Assembly: GCA_965237415.1 (NCBI GenBank)
Contig: CBDEFM010000001.1
Location: 256,001 to 320,000 of the forward strand
From: Alphaproteobacteria bacterium
Lineage (GTDB): Bacteria > Pseudomonadota > Alphaproteobacteria > UBA828
Reading direction: 5' to 3'
DNA length: 64,000 nt
Under the pieces are notes generated by a model, which worked only from the letters and a program-made list of their open reading frames with translations, had not been told where the DNA came from and searched no databases. The translations under genes and the position numbers were made by a program. Positions 53,087 to 63,088 of the stretch are shown piece after piece. Each line of letters begins with the position of its first letter. Position 1 is the first letter of the stretch.

Positions 53087-53442
53087 TGGGTGCGCGGGTC
53101 GTGAATGTGCGGCGCATCGCGCCCCCACCGGTCCGGGCGCTGGTGTGGGCCGGGGTCCGGGTACTGGTCCCCGCGGGGGTGGCGCTGGCGGCGTCGTTTG
53201 GCCTCGCGGACGGGGCGTTCGCCTCGACCGACGACACCTTTTCCGGCCCGCTCGACACGGTGAGCGGCATCGTCGAGGGCACCGGCGGCCAGCTCGCCGC
53301 GGCACTCGCGGTGGGCGCGGCGCTGGTCGGCTCGGTGCTGCGCTTCAACGCCATGCAGCTGATGGGCGCGGTCGGCGTCGGCGTTGCGGCCGGGGCCGGG
53401 GTCGGCATCGTCACCAGCCTGGTCGGCACGGCGATCGTCTGA
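53086..53442 (+). CDS. traA: Conjugative pilin precursor
   Basis: Leader ending AFA, two hydrophobic segments, directly before traL. Confidence 0.7.
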   Translation: MGARVVNVRRIAPPPVRALVWAGVRVLVPAGVALAASFGLADGAFASTDDTFSGPLDTVSGIVEGTGGQLAAALAVGAALVGSVLRFNAMQLMGAVGVGVAAGAGVGIVTSLVGTAIV

Positions 53443-53455
53443 GGGTGCGGGAACG

Positions 53456-53749
53456 ATGAACGACACCGCGCGCCATACCATCCCGCGCCGCCTCGACGAT
53501 CCGGAGCGCTGGCTGTTCTGGACCGTCGACGAGGCGGCGGCGCTGATGGGCCCGGCGCTGCTCGGGCTCGCCGCCAACCAGTTCGTGCCGGGGCTGATCG
53601 CGGGGCTAAGCGGCTGGATGCTGCTCAGGCGCATCAAGCGCGGCGGCGGCGCCAACATCGCGCAATACGCCCTCTACTGGTTCCTGCCGGACTTCGTGCT
53701 GCGTCTTAAACGCACGCCGCCGAGCCATGTCCGGCGTTACGTGGGCTGA
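53456..53749 (+). CDS. traL: F-type pilus assembly protein
   Basis: IPRRLDDP...WTVDE...YWFLP...PPS. Confidence 0.9.
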   Translation: MNDTARHTIPRRLDDPERWLFWTVDEAAALMGPALLGLAANQFVPGLIAGLSGWMLLRRIKRGGGANIAQYALYWFLPDFVLRLKRTPPSHVRRYVG

Positions 53750-53754
53750 CGGCG

Positions 53755-54306
53755 ATGCAGCGCACGGTACTTGAGGGCGAGCGGCGCCGCGCGCGGGATT
53801 CGCGCCTGGCGCTGGCCGGGCTGCTGGCGCTCTCGCTCGCGGCCAACCTGGCGCTGTCGGCGTCGCTGGCCTCGCGCGAGGGCATGACGGTGCTGGTGCC
53901 GGCGGCGGCGGGACCGGGCTGGGAGGTCGGCGAGAGCTGGGCCGGGCGGCGGTATCTGGAAGACATGGCGCGCACGGCGGCGGCGACGCTGCTGACGCTG
54001 ACGCCGGAGAACGCGGGCTATGTGCGGGAAGCCGCGGCGCGGATGAGCCACGCATCGGCGCGGGGCGCGATCGGCGCCTGGGTGGCCTCGGAGGCGGCGC
54101 GGATGGCGCGGCGCGACCTCGCGACCGCGTTCTATCCGGAGCGGGTCGAGATCGAGGCGGAAGCGCTCGCGGCCGAGGTCACGGGCGAGTTGGTGACCTG
54201 GATCGGCCGCGAGGAGGCCGCGCGGGCAAGCCGGACCTACCGGCTGGTGTTCCGCATGGACGGCGGGCGCATCGGGCTGCTGCGTTTCGAGCAACGGGAG
54301 GACTGA
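53755..54306 (+). CDS. traE: F-type pilus assembly protein
   Basis: TM helix, LVP, YLEDM, LTLTPEN, GELVTWIG. Confidence 0.88.
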   Translation: MQRTVLEGERRRARDSRLALAGLLALSLAANLALSASLASREGMTVLVPAAAGPGWEVGESWAGRRYLEDMARTAAATLLTLTPENAGYVREAAARMSHASARGAIGAWVASEAARMARRDLATAFYPERVEIEAEALAAEVTGELVTWIGREEAARASRTYRLVFRMDGGRIGLLRFEQRED

Positions 54307-54308
54307 GA

Positions 54309-55202
54309 GTGAGAACCACGCAATCGATATTGCCGGCGATACTGCCGGCGCGCGCGGCGCCCCGGTCAGGGTCCGGGGCAGGCTGCCGGCGCACCGTGCG
54401 GGGCGCCCTGCTTCTTGTCCATATGGCCTGCGCGCTGGCGGCGGCGCCGGCGGCGGCGATGCAGGTGCTCGACGCGGTCGACCATGCCGAGCTCACGGCG
54501 GAGGTCTCGGCGACGGCGGTGAGCCGCATCGCGCTCGGCAATGACCGCATCGCGCGGGTGATCCGGGCGCCGGGCGGCTTCGAGACCGAGCACGACCCGG
54601 GCTCCGGCGACCTCTATCTGCGCCCGCTCGGAACCCGGGATGCGGGCGCTGGAATGGACGATACGGGGGACGATCCGCCCGAGACGGCGCCGGTGTCGCT
54701 GTTCATCGGCACCGAGAAGGGATTCACCTACCGGCTGACGCTGGCGGTCGCCGAGCGCGGCTCGGCGCAGATCCTGATCCGCAACGCCGCGGCCCAGGAT
54801 CCGGTCCGGAACGCCCCGGCGGCGGGCGATCCGCGGATCGGCGCCCTGGTGCGCCTGATCGGCGCGGTGGCGCGCCGCGAACCGCTGCCGGGCTATGCGA
54901 TCGAGGCCGCGGCGGCCGGCCCTGACGGCGCGGCCGGACCGGTCTTCGGCACCTTGGAGACCTGGCGCGGGCCGCGCTTCGAGGTCCTTGTGGTCGAGAT
55001 CCCGGACCGGATGTTGGTTGGCGAAACCCCTGGCGGACCCCTTTCCGGCGGACCTGGGGATGCGGCGGCGGTCGCCGCCCGGCTCGGCCCCGGCATCGCG
55101 GCGGCGTGGCTCGCCGGCCCCGGCACGGGGCCATCGGGCGGGCGCATCGCGGTGACGGTGCGCGAGCGAGCCGCGCCGGTGTCCGGGGGGACTTCGCGAT
55201 GA
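54309..55202 (+). CDS. traK: Secretin-like T4SS protein
   Basis: VSRIAL..DRI, GDLYLRP, FIGTEKGFTY; gene order. Confidence 0.82.
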   Translation: MRTTQSILPAILPARAAPRSGSGAGCRRTVRGALLLVHMACALAAAPAAAMQVLDAVDHAELTAEVSATAVSRIALGNDRIARVIRAPGGFETEHDPGSGDLYLRPLGTRDAGAGMDDTGDDPPETAPVSLFIGTEKGFTYRLTLAVAERGSAQILIRNAAAQDPVRNAPAAGDPRIGALVRLIGAVARREPLPGYAIEAAAAGPDGAAGPVFGTLETWRGPRFEVLVVEIPDRMLVGETPGGPLSGGPGDAAAVAARLGPGIAAAWLAGPGTGPSGGRIAVTVRERAAPVSGGTSR

Positions 55203-56473
55203 CGGCGCAGGGCACGGCCGGCCGGGCGGGCGCGATCGACGGCGAATCGCGCAAGGTCCGCAACCGCCAGATCGTGCTGTTCTCCGCCATCGCGGCGGCG
55301 CTGATGCTGGTGTTCGCGGTCTGGATGGGGTTCGGCGCCGGCAAGGCGCCCGCGCCGGGTGCGCGCATCGACGCCGAGCTCGCCGGTCCCGGCACCGCCG
55401 AGGACAGCTGGACCCGGCGCTCGGAAGGGCGGCTCGGGCTGATCGAGACCCGGCTGCGGGAGATGGAGACCCGGGCGCGGCAGCTCACCTCGGAGAATGA
55501 GCGTCTGCGGGGGCAGCTCAAGGACAACGACCGCAACGCGCGCGATGTCATCGACAAGTACAAGGCGGTGATCGACGAGATGCAGGGCGCCCGGGCCGGC
55601 ACACCGGCCCCGGCTCCGGATTTTGTTCCTGACGAGGAAATGTTCGCGCCGGGCGGCGCGGTCCGCCAATCCGCGGCGGGCACGGCGAACGCCCCGGCCG
55701 GGGCGCCCCCGGCCCCGCTGATCGAGAACTTCACGCTCGACGGCGCCGCGCCCGCACTCCTCGGCGACGATCCCGGAACGGTGGATGCCAAACCGCTCTC
55801 GATCTGGCTGCCGGCGGGCAGCCACGCCGAGGCGGTGGTGCTGGCCGGCGTCGACGCCTCGGCCGGGATCTCCAGCCAGGGCGATCCGCGCCCGGTGCTG
55901 CTGCGCCTCACCGGTCCGGCCTGGACGGCGGCGCCGTCTGCCGCGGCCGGGACCGCGCTGAGCGTCGATATCGCGGGCTGCACGGTGACCGGGGCTGCCC
56001 ATGGCGACCTCTCCTCGGAGAAGGTCTATGCGCGGCTGCGCACGCTGACCTGCGCCGGGCCCGAGCCCGGCACGGTGGTCGAGACCGAGGTCGCGGGCTT
56101 CGTCGCGGGGTCGGGCAAGACCGGGGTGCGCGGCCCGGTGGTGAGCCGCGAAGGCGCCTTGGTCCAGAAGGCGTTCCTCGCGGGCCTCGTCTCCGGCGTC
56201 GGCCAGGGCGTGGCGGGCGCCTTCCAGCCCCAGGCGGTGGCCACGGGCGGCGCGGCGGTCGCCAATACCGGGCTGGCCGATATCGGCCGCGCCGGCCTCG
56301 GGTCGGGCGCAGCCAGCGCCGGGCAGAAGGTTGCCGACTACATGATCCGCCGCGCCGAGCAGTACCAGCCGGTGATCCAGCTACGCGCCGGGACCCGCGT
56401 CACCGTGGTGTTCCTCGAAGGCGCGCGCCTCGACGGCGCGCCCGCCAGACCGGCCCCCCGAAAGGAGAAATAG
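55199..56473 (+). CDS. traB: VirB10-like T4SS protein
   Basis: TM, coiled coil, LPAGS, GVDA, GDLSSE, AEQYQPVI. Confidence 0.9.
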   Translation: MTAQGTAGRAGAIDGESRKVRNRQIVLFSAIAAALMLVFAVWMGFGAGKAPAPGARIDAELAGPGTAEDSWTRRSEGRLGLIETRLREMETRARQLTSENERLRGQLKDNDRNARDVIDKYKAVIDEMQGARAGTPAPAPDFVPDEEMFAPGGAVRQSAAGTANAPAGAPPAPLIENFTLDGAAPALLGDDPGTVDAKPLSIWLPAGSHAEAVVLAGVDASAGISSQGDPRPVLLRLTGPAWTAAPSAAAGTALSVDIAGCTVTGAAHGDLSSEKVYARLRTLTCAGPEPGTVVETEVAGFVAGSGKTGVRGPVVSREGALVQKAFLAGLVSGVGQGVAGAFQPQAVATGGAAVANTGLADIGRAGLGSGAASAGQKVADYMIRRAEQYQPVIQLRAGTRVTVVFLEGARLDGAPARPAPRKEK

Positions 56474-56474
56474 G

Positions 56475-57146
56475 ATGACCCATTCCATCCGACCGTGGCG
56501 CGGGCCACGGGTTGTTGCGGGCGCTGCCGTCCTCGCGGCGCTCGCCGGCTGCTCGTCGACCCATGTCGGGGAGTCCTGGCAGTGTCCGCTGGCGCAGGGC
56601 GGATCGTGCACGAGCGTCGCCGGCGCCGATCCGGCGGTGCCGGCGCGCGCCGGCGAAGCGATGGCCCTGCCCGCGCCGCTCTACCGGGTGCGCGCCGACG
56701 GAAACCGGGTGCGCGCTCGGGAGGCGGCGCGGGCCGAAAGACCCTGCGATAGCGAATGCGGCCCCCTCGCCTGGCTGGCGCGGTTGTTCGGCCCGGATAC
56801 GGAAGCCGGCGATGATTCGGCCGGCCCGGAATCCGCCACGGCGGTATCCGCGGTCCGGCCCGGTGCTGCCCTGCCCGCCTCGACCGGCGAGCGTCCGGCC
56901 GGCGATCGTCAGGTCGATCGTCAGGTCAAAGGGTCGGTCAATGAGGCGCCGGTCCACGACGATCCGGCCCCTGGCGATACGGCGGCTATCGAAGCGGCTG
57001 CGATGGATGCGCGTGGCGACGATCTGCGCGAGGCGGAGGTTGTCGGGCGCATCTGGATCGCGCCTTTCGTCGACGGCGACGGGATCTACCGCGAGGCGGG
57101 CTGGGTGCGCCTGGTGATCGCGCCGGCGCGCTGGCGGCTGCCATGA
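56475..57146 (+). CDS. traV: T4SS lipoprotein
   Basis: Lipobox LAGC, two Cys, RIWIAPFVDGDG. Confidence 0.85.
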   Translation: MTHSIRPWRGPRVVAGAAVLAALAGCSSTHVGESWQCPLAQGGSCTSVAGADPAVPARAGEAMALPAPLYRVRADGNRVRAREAARAERPCDSECGPLAWLARLFGPDTEAGDDSAGPESATAVSAVRPGAALPASTGERPAGDRQVDRQVKGSVNEAPVHDDPAPGDTAAIEAAAMDARGDDLREAEVVGRIWIAPFVDGDGIYREAGWVRLVIAPARWRLP

Positions 57147-59822
57147 CCGGATTCGGGATCCCGCGCCGCCTCATCGACCTGTTCGAGGGCTCGGCCGGGC
57201 TTGAGCCGTGGTCGCCGCCGGAGCTGCCGGCGGCGCTCGCCGAGCTGCTGCCCTGGCGCGCCTTCGACGAGCGGAGCGAGCTCTATGTCAACGCCGGCTC
57301 GTGCGGCTTCGTGATCGAGCTGCCGCCCTTTGCCGGGATCGACGCCGAGACCCTGGGCGCGCTTGGCGGTGCCCTGGCCGATGCGGCGCCGGAGCACTGC
57401 TGCGCGAGGCCACTGCACCGTCCAGGTGATCCACTGGGCGAGCCCGCGCTTCGGGGCGGCGCTCGCCGCCTGGGCGGCGCCGCGCGCAAGCGCGGGCGCG
57501 GTCCAGGCCGCGATGGCGCGCGGCCGCGCGGACCTGCTGCGGGACGCCGGCTGGCGGGCGCTGCATGCGGGTGGCCCGCCCTTCACGCTGTCCGATTACC
57601 GGGTCTTCATCGCGGCGACGCTCGCCGGTCCGGCGGGGCCGGCGGCGGAGACCGCCCTCGGCAGCTTCCGCCGCGCGCTCGAGGGCACGCTCGCCTCGGC
57701 GGGCGCGACGGCGCGGCGGATCGCGCCGGACGCGCTCCTGTCGCTGGCCGCCGAGCTGACCGCGCCGGATGTCGCGGGCGCCCAGGACGGCGGGCTCGAC
57801 CGCCCGCACCGGCGCTGGTCGCCGCGCGACCCGCTGCATCTCCAATGCGCCGCGCCCGGGCGCGCGCTCACCGTGGCGCCCACCGGGCTGGTGTTCCACC
57901 ACCCCGACGGCTCCGATGTCGCGGTCCGGGTGCTGTCGGCCATCGCCTTCCCCGAGGTCTGGCCGGGCTGGCGCGGCAACGCGCTGATCGGCGACTTCCA
58001 CCGCGATTTCCTGCAGCCCGGCTGCCCGGTGCTGACCGCGCTCACCATCGTGACCGGGGACGAGGCGGCGGGCGAGCGCGCCTTCCTCAAATCCGCCCGC
58101 GCGACCCAGCAGGCCGGCACCGGGCTGGCGCGCTACCTGCCGGGGCTGCCCGAGAAGGCGCGCGACTGGCAGGTGGTGACCGAGCGGCTGAAGGACGGCG
58201 AGCGCCTGGTCAAGGCCTGCTACACGGTCGCGGTCTATGCGCCGCTCGATGCGATCGACGAGGCCGAGCAGGCGGTGCGCGCGATCTATCACGGCCAGGG
58301 TTGGCGCGTGGTCGCCGAGCGCTATGTCCAGCTCCCCTCCTGGCTCACCTGCCTGCCGATGGCGCCGGCGGGCGGGCTCGACGCCGACCTCGCCCGCATG
58401 GGCCGGATGAAGACGCTGCTGACCTCGGCGGCGGTCGATCTCGCGCCGGTGCACGGCGAATGGCGCGGCCAGGGTGCCGCGCCCGACAACCCGCCCGCCC
58501 TTTTCCTCATCGGCCGGCGCGGCCAGCCCGCCTGCTGGTCGCCCTTCGCCAACGCGGCCGGCAACTACAACGTCGCCGTCACCGGCAAGTCCGGGTCCGG
58601 CAAGTCGGTGCTGATGCAGGAGCTGGTGGCCGGCATCGTCGGCGCCGGCGGCGAGGCCGTGGTGATCGACGACGGCCGCTCGTTCCAGCACACGGCGGAA
58701 GCACTCGGCGGCGCCTTCATCGCCTTCGGCAAGGACCCGGCCTGCCTCAACCCCTTCGCCATGATCGACGCCGGAACCGCGAACCGGGACGGCGACTATC
58801 GCGAGGAGTGCTTCGCGATGCTGGCCGGCGTGGTCGGGCGGATGTGCCGGCGGCGCGGGTCGATCGACGACATCGAGGCGGCGCTGATCGACGAGGCCAT
58901 CGCCGCGTCCTGGGACGAGGCCGGCAATGCCGCGGATCTCGGGACGGTCCGCAAGCATCTCGAAGCGCGGTCCGACCGCCGCGCCACCGACATGGCGACC
59001 GCGCTCGGGCCGTGGTGCCCGGGCGGCGCCATGGGCCGGCTGTTCGCCGGCGGCGACACCCCGGAGCTCGATGCGGCGCTGACCGTGTTCGAGCTCGCCG
59101 AACTCAAGGGCCGCGGCGACGTCCAGGGCGTGGTGCTGATGCTGGTGGTCTTCCTGGCGACCCAGCGCATGTATCACGGCCCGCGCACGCGGGCGAAGGC
59201 GATCGTCATCGACGAGGCCTGGGACCTGCTCTCGGGCGAGGACAGCAAGGCCTTCCTCGAAGGCGCGGCAAGGCGCGCCCGCAAATACCGGGGCTCGCTG
59301 ATCACCGGCACGCAATCGGTCAACGACTACTACGCCAACCCGGCCGCGCGGGCCGCCTGGGAGAACTCGGACTGGGTGATCTTCCTCGCCCAGAAGGACG
59401 AATCGGTCGAGCTCCTGAAGGCGGAGAAGCGCATCCACTGCGATCCGGGCATGGAGCGGGCACTTAAGAGTCTCACCACCGCCGACGGGCGCTTCGCCGA
59501 AGTCGTGCTGCACGGCCCGGACGGCTGGCGGGTCGCCCGCCTCGTGCTCGATGCCTGGTCGGTGGCGCTGTTCTCCTCGCGCGGCCCGGCCTTCACGGCG
59601 GTCGAGACGCTCAAGGCCGAGGGGCTCACCACCGCCCAGGCCATCGACCGCATCGCCGGCGGGACCGGCGCGGACGGTTCCGGTACAGGCGGCGGGACCG
59701 CGAGGGCCGGAGGGCGCGGCGACGGCACGAAATCCGCCCCTTCCAGCCGGGAAGACAACGAAGGCGGCTCCTTTTTTGAGCCCGAAGGAGAACGAACCGA
59801 AAACGCAAGGAGGGATGCATGA
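57143..59822 (+). pseudogene. traC: VirB4-like ATPase, frameshifted by a 16-bp insertion at 57401-57416
   Basis: LAELLPW N-terminus in one frame; GRRGQ, NYN, GKSGSGKS, IDEAW, RKY in another. Confidence 0.88.
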
Positions 59823-60640
59823 GCGCAGACAGGACATCGGATGCCGCCGCGGCAACCGCGGGCGCCGGGCGGCGGCTCGCCTGGCCGGGCGATCCGGAGA
59901 CCGTGGCCGCTGCCGATATCGACTTCGAGGCGCTGGCCCATGTGCTGGCCAACACCTGCCTCTGGGGCGGGCGCACGCGCCGTTACCACGCGCTGGCGGC
60001 GCACGCGCTGATCGCGAGCGAGGAGATCGAGGCGCTCGACGGGCTGGGCGAAGAGGACCGGCGGGTGCTCGCGCTGCATGCGCTGCTCAAGGACGCGCCC
60101 GCGGCCTGGCTCGGCGTCGGGGCAATGGACACGCAGGGGGCGGCATCGCAGCGGGGGGCGGAGCGCGCCAACCGCCTTGCCGCCGGCATCGAGCGCGCGG
60201 TCCGCGAGGCCGCCGGGCTGGATGCGGTGCTGGCCGTCGAGCATGCCGAGCTGCTGCGCTTCATCGCGCGCATGACGGCGGCGTCGGAGCGCCGCGACCT
60301 GTTCGACGCGGGCGAACCGGGACCGGCGCCCGGATCGGGTCCGGGCCAGGCCTGGGCCGCGTTCCCGCCGCTCAAGCGGCGCATCCGCCCGCTCGGGCCG
60401 GGCCGCGCCGCGAAGCTCTGGCTCGCCCGCTTCCGGGCGCTCGCCCGCCCGCCCGGCGGCGCCGGCGCGGGGGCAAATGCGACCGGCGCGGGCAATGACC
60501 GCGAAACCAATGACGGGACCAATGACGGGGAGGACAGCGATGTCGCGGACGTATCGGCGAAGGAAGGACCGGAGAAACGGGCAGCGGCACGGACACCGGC
60601 ACGGACACCGGGGGGCAGGGATGAACGCAAGGCGGCGTAG
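59819..60640 (+). CDS. YfbR/HD-family hydrolase-like protein with degenerate motif
   Basis: DIDFEALAHVLAN..WGG...AAH...ALLKDA. Confidence 0.65.
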   Translation: MSADRTSDAAAATAGAGRRLAWPGDPETVAAADIDFEALAHVLANTCLWGGRTRRYHALAAHALIASEEIEALDGLGEEDRRVLALHALLKDAPAAWLGVGAMDTQGAASQRGAERANRLAAGIERAVREAAGLDAVLAVEHAELLRFIARMTAASERRDLFDAGEPGPAPGSGPGQAWAAFPPLKRRIRPLGPGRAAKLWLARFRALARPPGGAGAGANATGAGNDRETNDGTNDGEDSDVADVSAKEGPEKRAAARTPARTPGGRDERKAA

Positions 60641-60869
60641 GCCCCGCAATGCGCCGGGCTGCGTGCAGGTCGTGCAGGACGCCGAGGCGGTGTTCCGCTC
60701 AGGCGTCCTCGCCGGCGTGCTGTCGGCCGAGCGCTCCGCGCGCAACTGGGCCGGGCACTACATGTACCTGTTCCACGACGAGGACGGCACCGCCTGGTTC
60801 AAGCACCGCGATACCCGCGTGCACGTGACGATGACGGCGCGCCAGCGCGCCGCGGGGTACCGGGGATGA
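60621..60869 (+). CDS. Small hypothetical protein
   Basis: Overlaps both neighbours; WAGHYMYL...FKHRDTR. Confidence 0.6.
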   Translation: MNARRRRPRNAPGCVQVVQDAEAVFRSGVLAGVLSAERSARNWAGHYMYLFHDEDGTAWFKHRDTRVHVTMTARQRAAGYRG

Positions 60870-61297
60870 GCGAGCTCAGGGTGCTGGCCGCAGCGGTGCT
60901 GCTGGCCGGCGGGGTCGCGGCCGCGGTCTCGGCGACCGTGCTGCGTTACGGCCCGGCGATTGAATCGTCGATCGTGGCGGGCCATGGCGCCGACGCGCCG
61001 GCCCGGATCGCAAGCGTGCGCCTCGGCGAGCTGGCGGCGGACCATGCCCTGCGGGTGGCCCGCGCCGGGACTTCGCCGGGGGAGACCGCGGCGGCAACCC
61101 GGGCCTGGGCGGTGGCGCTGGAACGGGCGCTGGCCCGGGTCGCGGCCCATCATCGCGCGGTGCTGCTGCCGGCGCGCGCCGTCGCCGCCGGGGCGCCGGA
61201 CCTCACGGCCGAAATCGAGGCGGCGATGGCCGCGGCGATTGCGGAGCCGATGGCGGACCGGGCGCCGCCGCAACCCGCGCCGGAGACCAGGCCATGA
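60866..61297 (+). CDS. trbI: TrbI-like F-type protein
   Basis: TM, IASVRL, AVAAGAPDLT; position after traC. Confidence 0.7.
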   Translation: MSELRVLAAAVLLAGGVAAAVSATVLRYGPAIESSIVAGHGADAPARIASVRLGELAADHALRVARAGTSPGETAAATRAWAVALERALARVAAHHRAVLLPARAVAAGAPDLTAEIEAAMAAAIAEPMADRAPPQPAPETRP

Positions 61298-61920
61298 GGG
61301 CCCGGTCGATGACGGTAAGGGCGATCCTCCGCGGCGCCCGTCCGGGGCGGCGGCGCCGCGCCGATATCGCGCTCGCCTGCATGGCGGTGCTGGCGCTGCT
61401 GTGGCTGGGCGCGGCCTCGCGCATCCATGTCAATGCGAGCTGGTCGGACGGCGCCTGGGGCTATGCCGCCTTCCCGCTGTTCGGCAATCCCCGGATCGGC
61501 GACCGGGTGCTGTTCGAGCCGCCGGACTCCCTTGGATCTCCGGTGCCGTATCTCAAGACCGTGCGCGGCCTGCCCGGCATGCGTATCGCCGTCGACAAGG
61601 ACAGGACGGTCCGTATCGACGGTGTGGCGCTCGGCCGGGCCAAGACCCATGCCCTCGACGGGCGGGCTCTGGAGGCAATCGCGCGCGGCGTTGTGCCACC
61701 CGGCCACTACTACCTGCACGCCGATCATCCCGACAGCCACGACAGCCGCTATGCGGAGATCGGCCCGGTGCCGCGCGCGCGCATTCTGGGCCGCGCCGTG
61801 GCGCTGCCGGACCTGCCCTGGCTCGGCCTGAAGGGGCCGCTGGTGGGGCCGGAGGATGCCGGAATTGCGCCAGGCGCCGAACAAAGCCCGCCGCGCCTGC
61901 CGGCGGGAGCGGCGCCATGA
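61294..61920 (+). CDS. trhF: S26 conjugative signal peptidase (pilin processing)
   Basis: NASWS, YLKTVRGLPG, HPDSHDSRY. Confidence 0.8.
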   Translation: MRARSMTVRAILRGARPGRRRRADIALACMAVLALLWLGAASRIHVNASWSDGAWGYAAFPLFGNPRIGDRVLFEPPDSLGSPVPYLKTVRGLPGMRIAVDKDRTVRIDGVALGRAKTHALDGRALEAIARGVVPPGHYYLHADHPDSHDSRYAEIGPVPRARILGRAVALPDLPWLGLKGPLVGPEDAGIAPGAEQSPPRLPAGAAP

Positions 61921-62597
61921 GGCGGTCCGCAATGTTACGCAGCCTCGCGCTGCCGGTCCTCGCGATCCTGTTCGCGGCCGGCGCGGCATCGGCGAAGGAC
62001 CTCGGCGTGCGCGGCCAGACCTGGCCGGTCGCAGAGCCGGACCTGCTGGCGCAGATCGAGTCGCGTCTCATGGAGATGGAACGCTCGGGCGAGCTGGCCC
62101 GGCTGCAAGAGGAAGCCCGCGTCCGTGCCCGGTCGCGGCTGGAGGCGCCCGAACCGGTGGCGGGAATCGCACCGGCCAGGACCGGACGCACCCGCCTGTT
62201 CGACCCGTCGATCACCGTCGGGCGCGACATCCGTGCCGCCGACGGGACCGTGATTGCGGCCGCCGGAACGCGGGTCGATCCGTTCGCCCATGCGCCGTTC
62301 ACCCGCGACCTGCTGTTCATCGACGGCACCCGCGAGGCGGAAATCGCCTGGGCGCTCGAACGGACCCGCGACGGGGACAGGCCATCGACGATCGTGCTGC
62401 TGGCGGGCCGGCCCCTCGACCTCGCGCGGCGCCACGGCCGTCCGTTCTTCTTCGACCAGGGCGGGCGCATCGCCCGGCGCCTCGGCCTTGCCGCCACGCC
62501 CTCGCGGGTGACGCGCGACGGCGCGCATCTGCGCATCGACGAAATCCCGCTCGACGACCACGCGGCAGACACGCGGCGCGGCCGCGGCAATCCATGA
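61917..62597 (+). CDS. traW: F-type pilus assembly protein
   Basis: DLGVRGQTWPVAEPDLL, FDPS, LLFIDG, FFDQGG. Confidence 0.9.
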   Translation: MRRSAMLRSLALPVLAILFAAGAASAKDLGVRGQTWPVAEPDLLAQIESRLMEMERSGELARLQEEARVRARSRLEAPEPVAGIAPARTGRTRLFDPSITVGRDIRAADGTVIAAAGTRVDPFAHAPFTRDLLFIDGTREAEIAWALERTRDGDRPSTIVLLAGRPLDLARRHGRPFFFDQGGRIARRLGLAATPSRVTRDGAHLRIDEIPLDDHAADTRRGRGNP

Positions 62598-62644
62598 ACC
62601 CGCAGGACCAATCCCGATGAAGAGAAGGACAGGAGGAAACAGCG

Positions 62645-63088
62645 ATGCTGAACATGAACAGGGTGACATTGCTCGGCCGCGCCGGGCGCGATCCGGAGCT
62701 CCGCACCATGCGGAGCGGCGACCGCGCGGCGTCGTTCAGCCTGGCCACCACGGAGCGGTGGAAACGCCAGGACGGGCAGACCGAAGAGAGTACCGAATGG
62801 CACCGCATCGTGGTCTACGGGGCCGCGGTCGAGGCGGTCGAAACGATGGTGCGCAAGGGCTGCGCGGTGCTGATCGAGGGCCGGCTCGCGGTGCGCGCCT
62901 GGAAGGACGGCGAGGGCCGCGACCGGCAGGTGACCGAGATCGTCGTCGCCGGCCGGCAGGGCCTGGTCAACGTGCTCTCCGGACGCCCGCAAGCAGACAC
63001 GCAGGCGGGCACGGATACGGAGGCGGCGCCGGCCGCGGGCGGGCCGCCCGCAACCGCGGACGCGGCGCCGGCCGGTGGGCCGGCATGA
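62645..63088 (+). CDS. ssb: Single-stranded DNA-binding protein
   Basis: NRVTLLGR.G.DPE, SLATTERW, TEWHRIV, IEGRL, TEIV. Confidence 0.92.
   Translation: MLNMNRVTLLGRAGRDPELRTMRSGDRAASFSLATTERWKRQDGQTEESTEWHRIVVYGAAVEAVETMVRKGCAVLIEGRLAVRAWKDGEGRDRQVTEIVVAGRQGLVNVLSGRPQADTQAGTDTEAAPAAGGPPATADAAPAGGPA

Noticed and set aside
56904-60611. 12-bp tandem duplications in traV and the HD-like gene tail
   Set aside because: In-frame slippage in low-complexity linkers; no sign of function.
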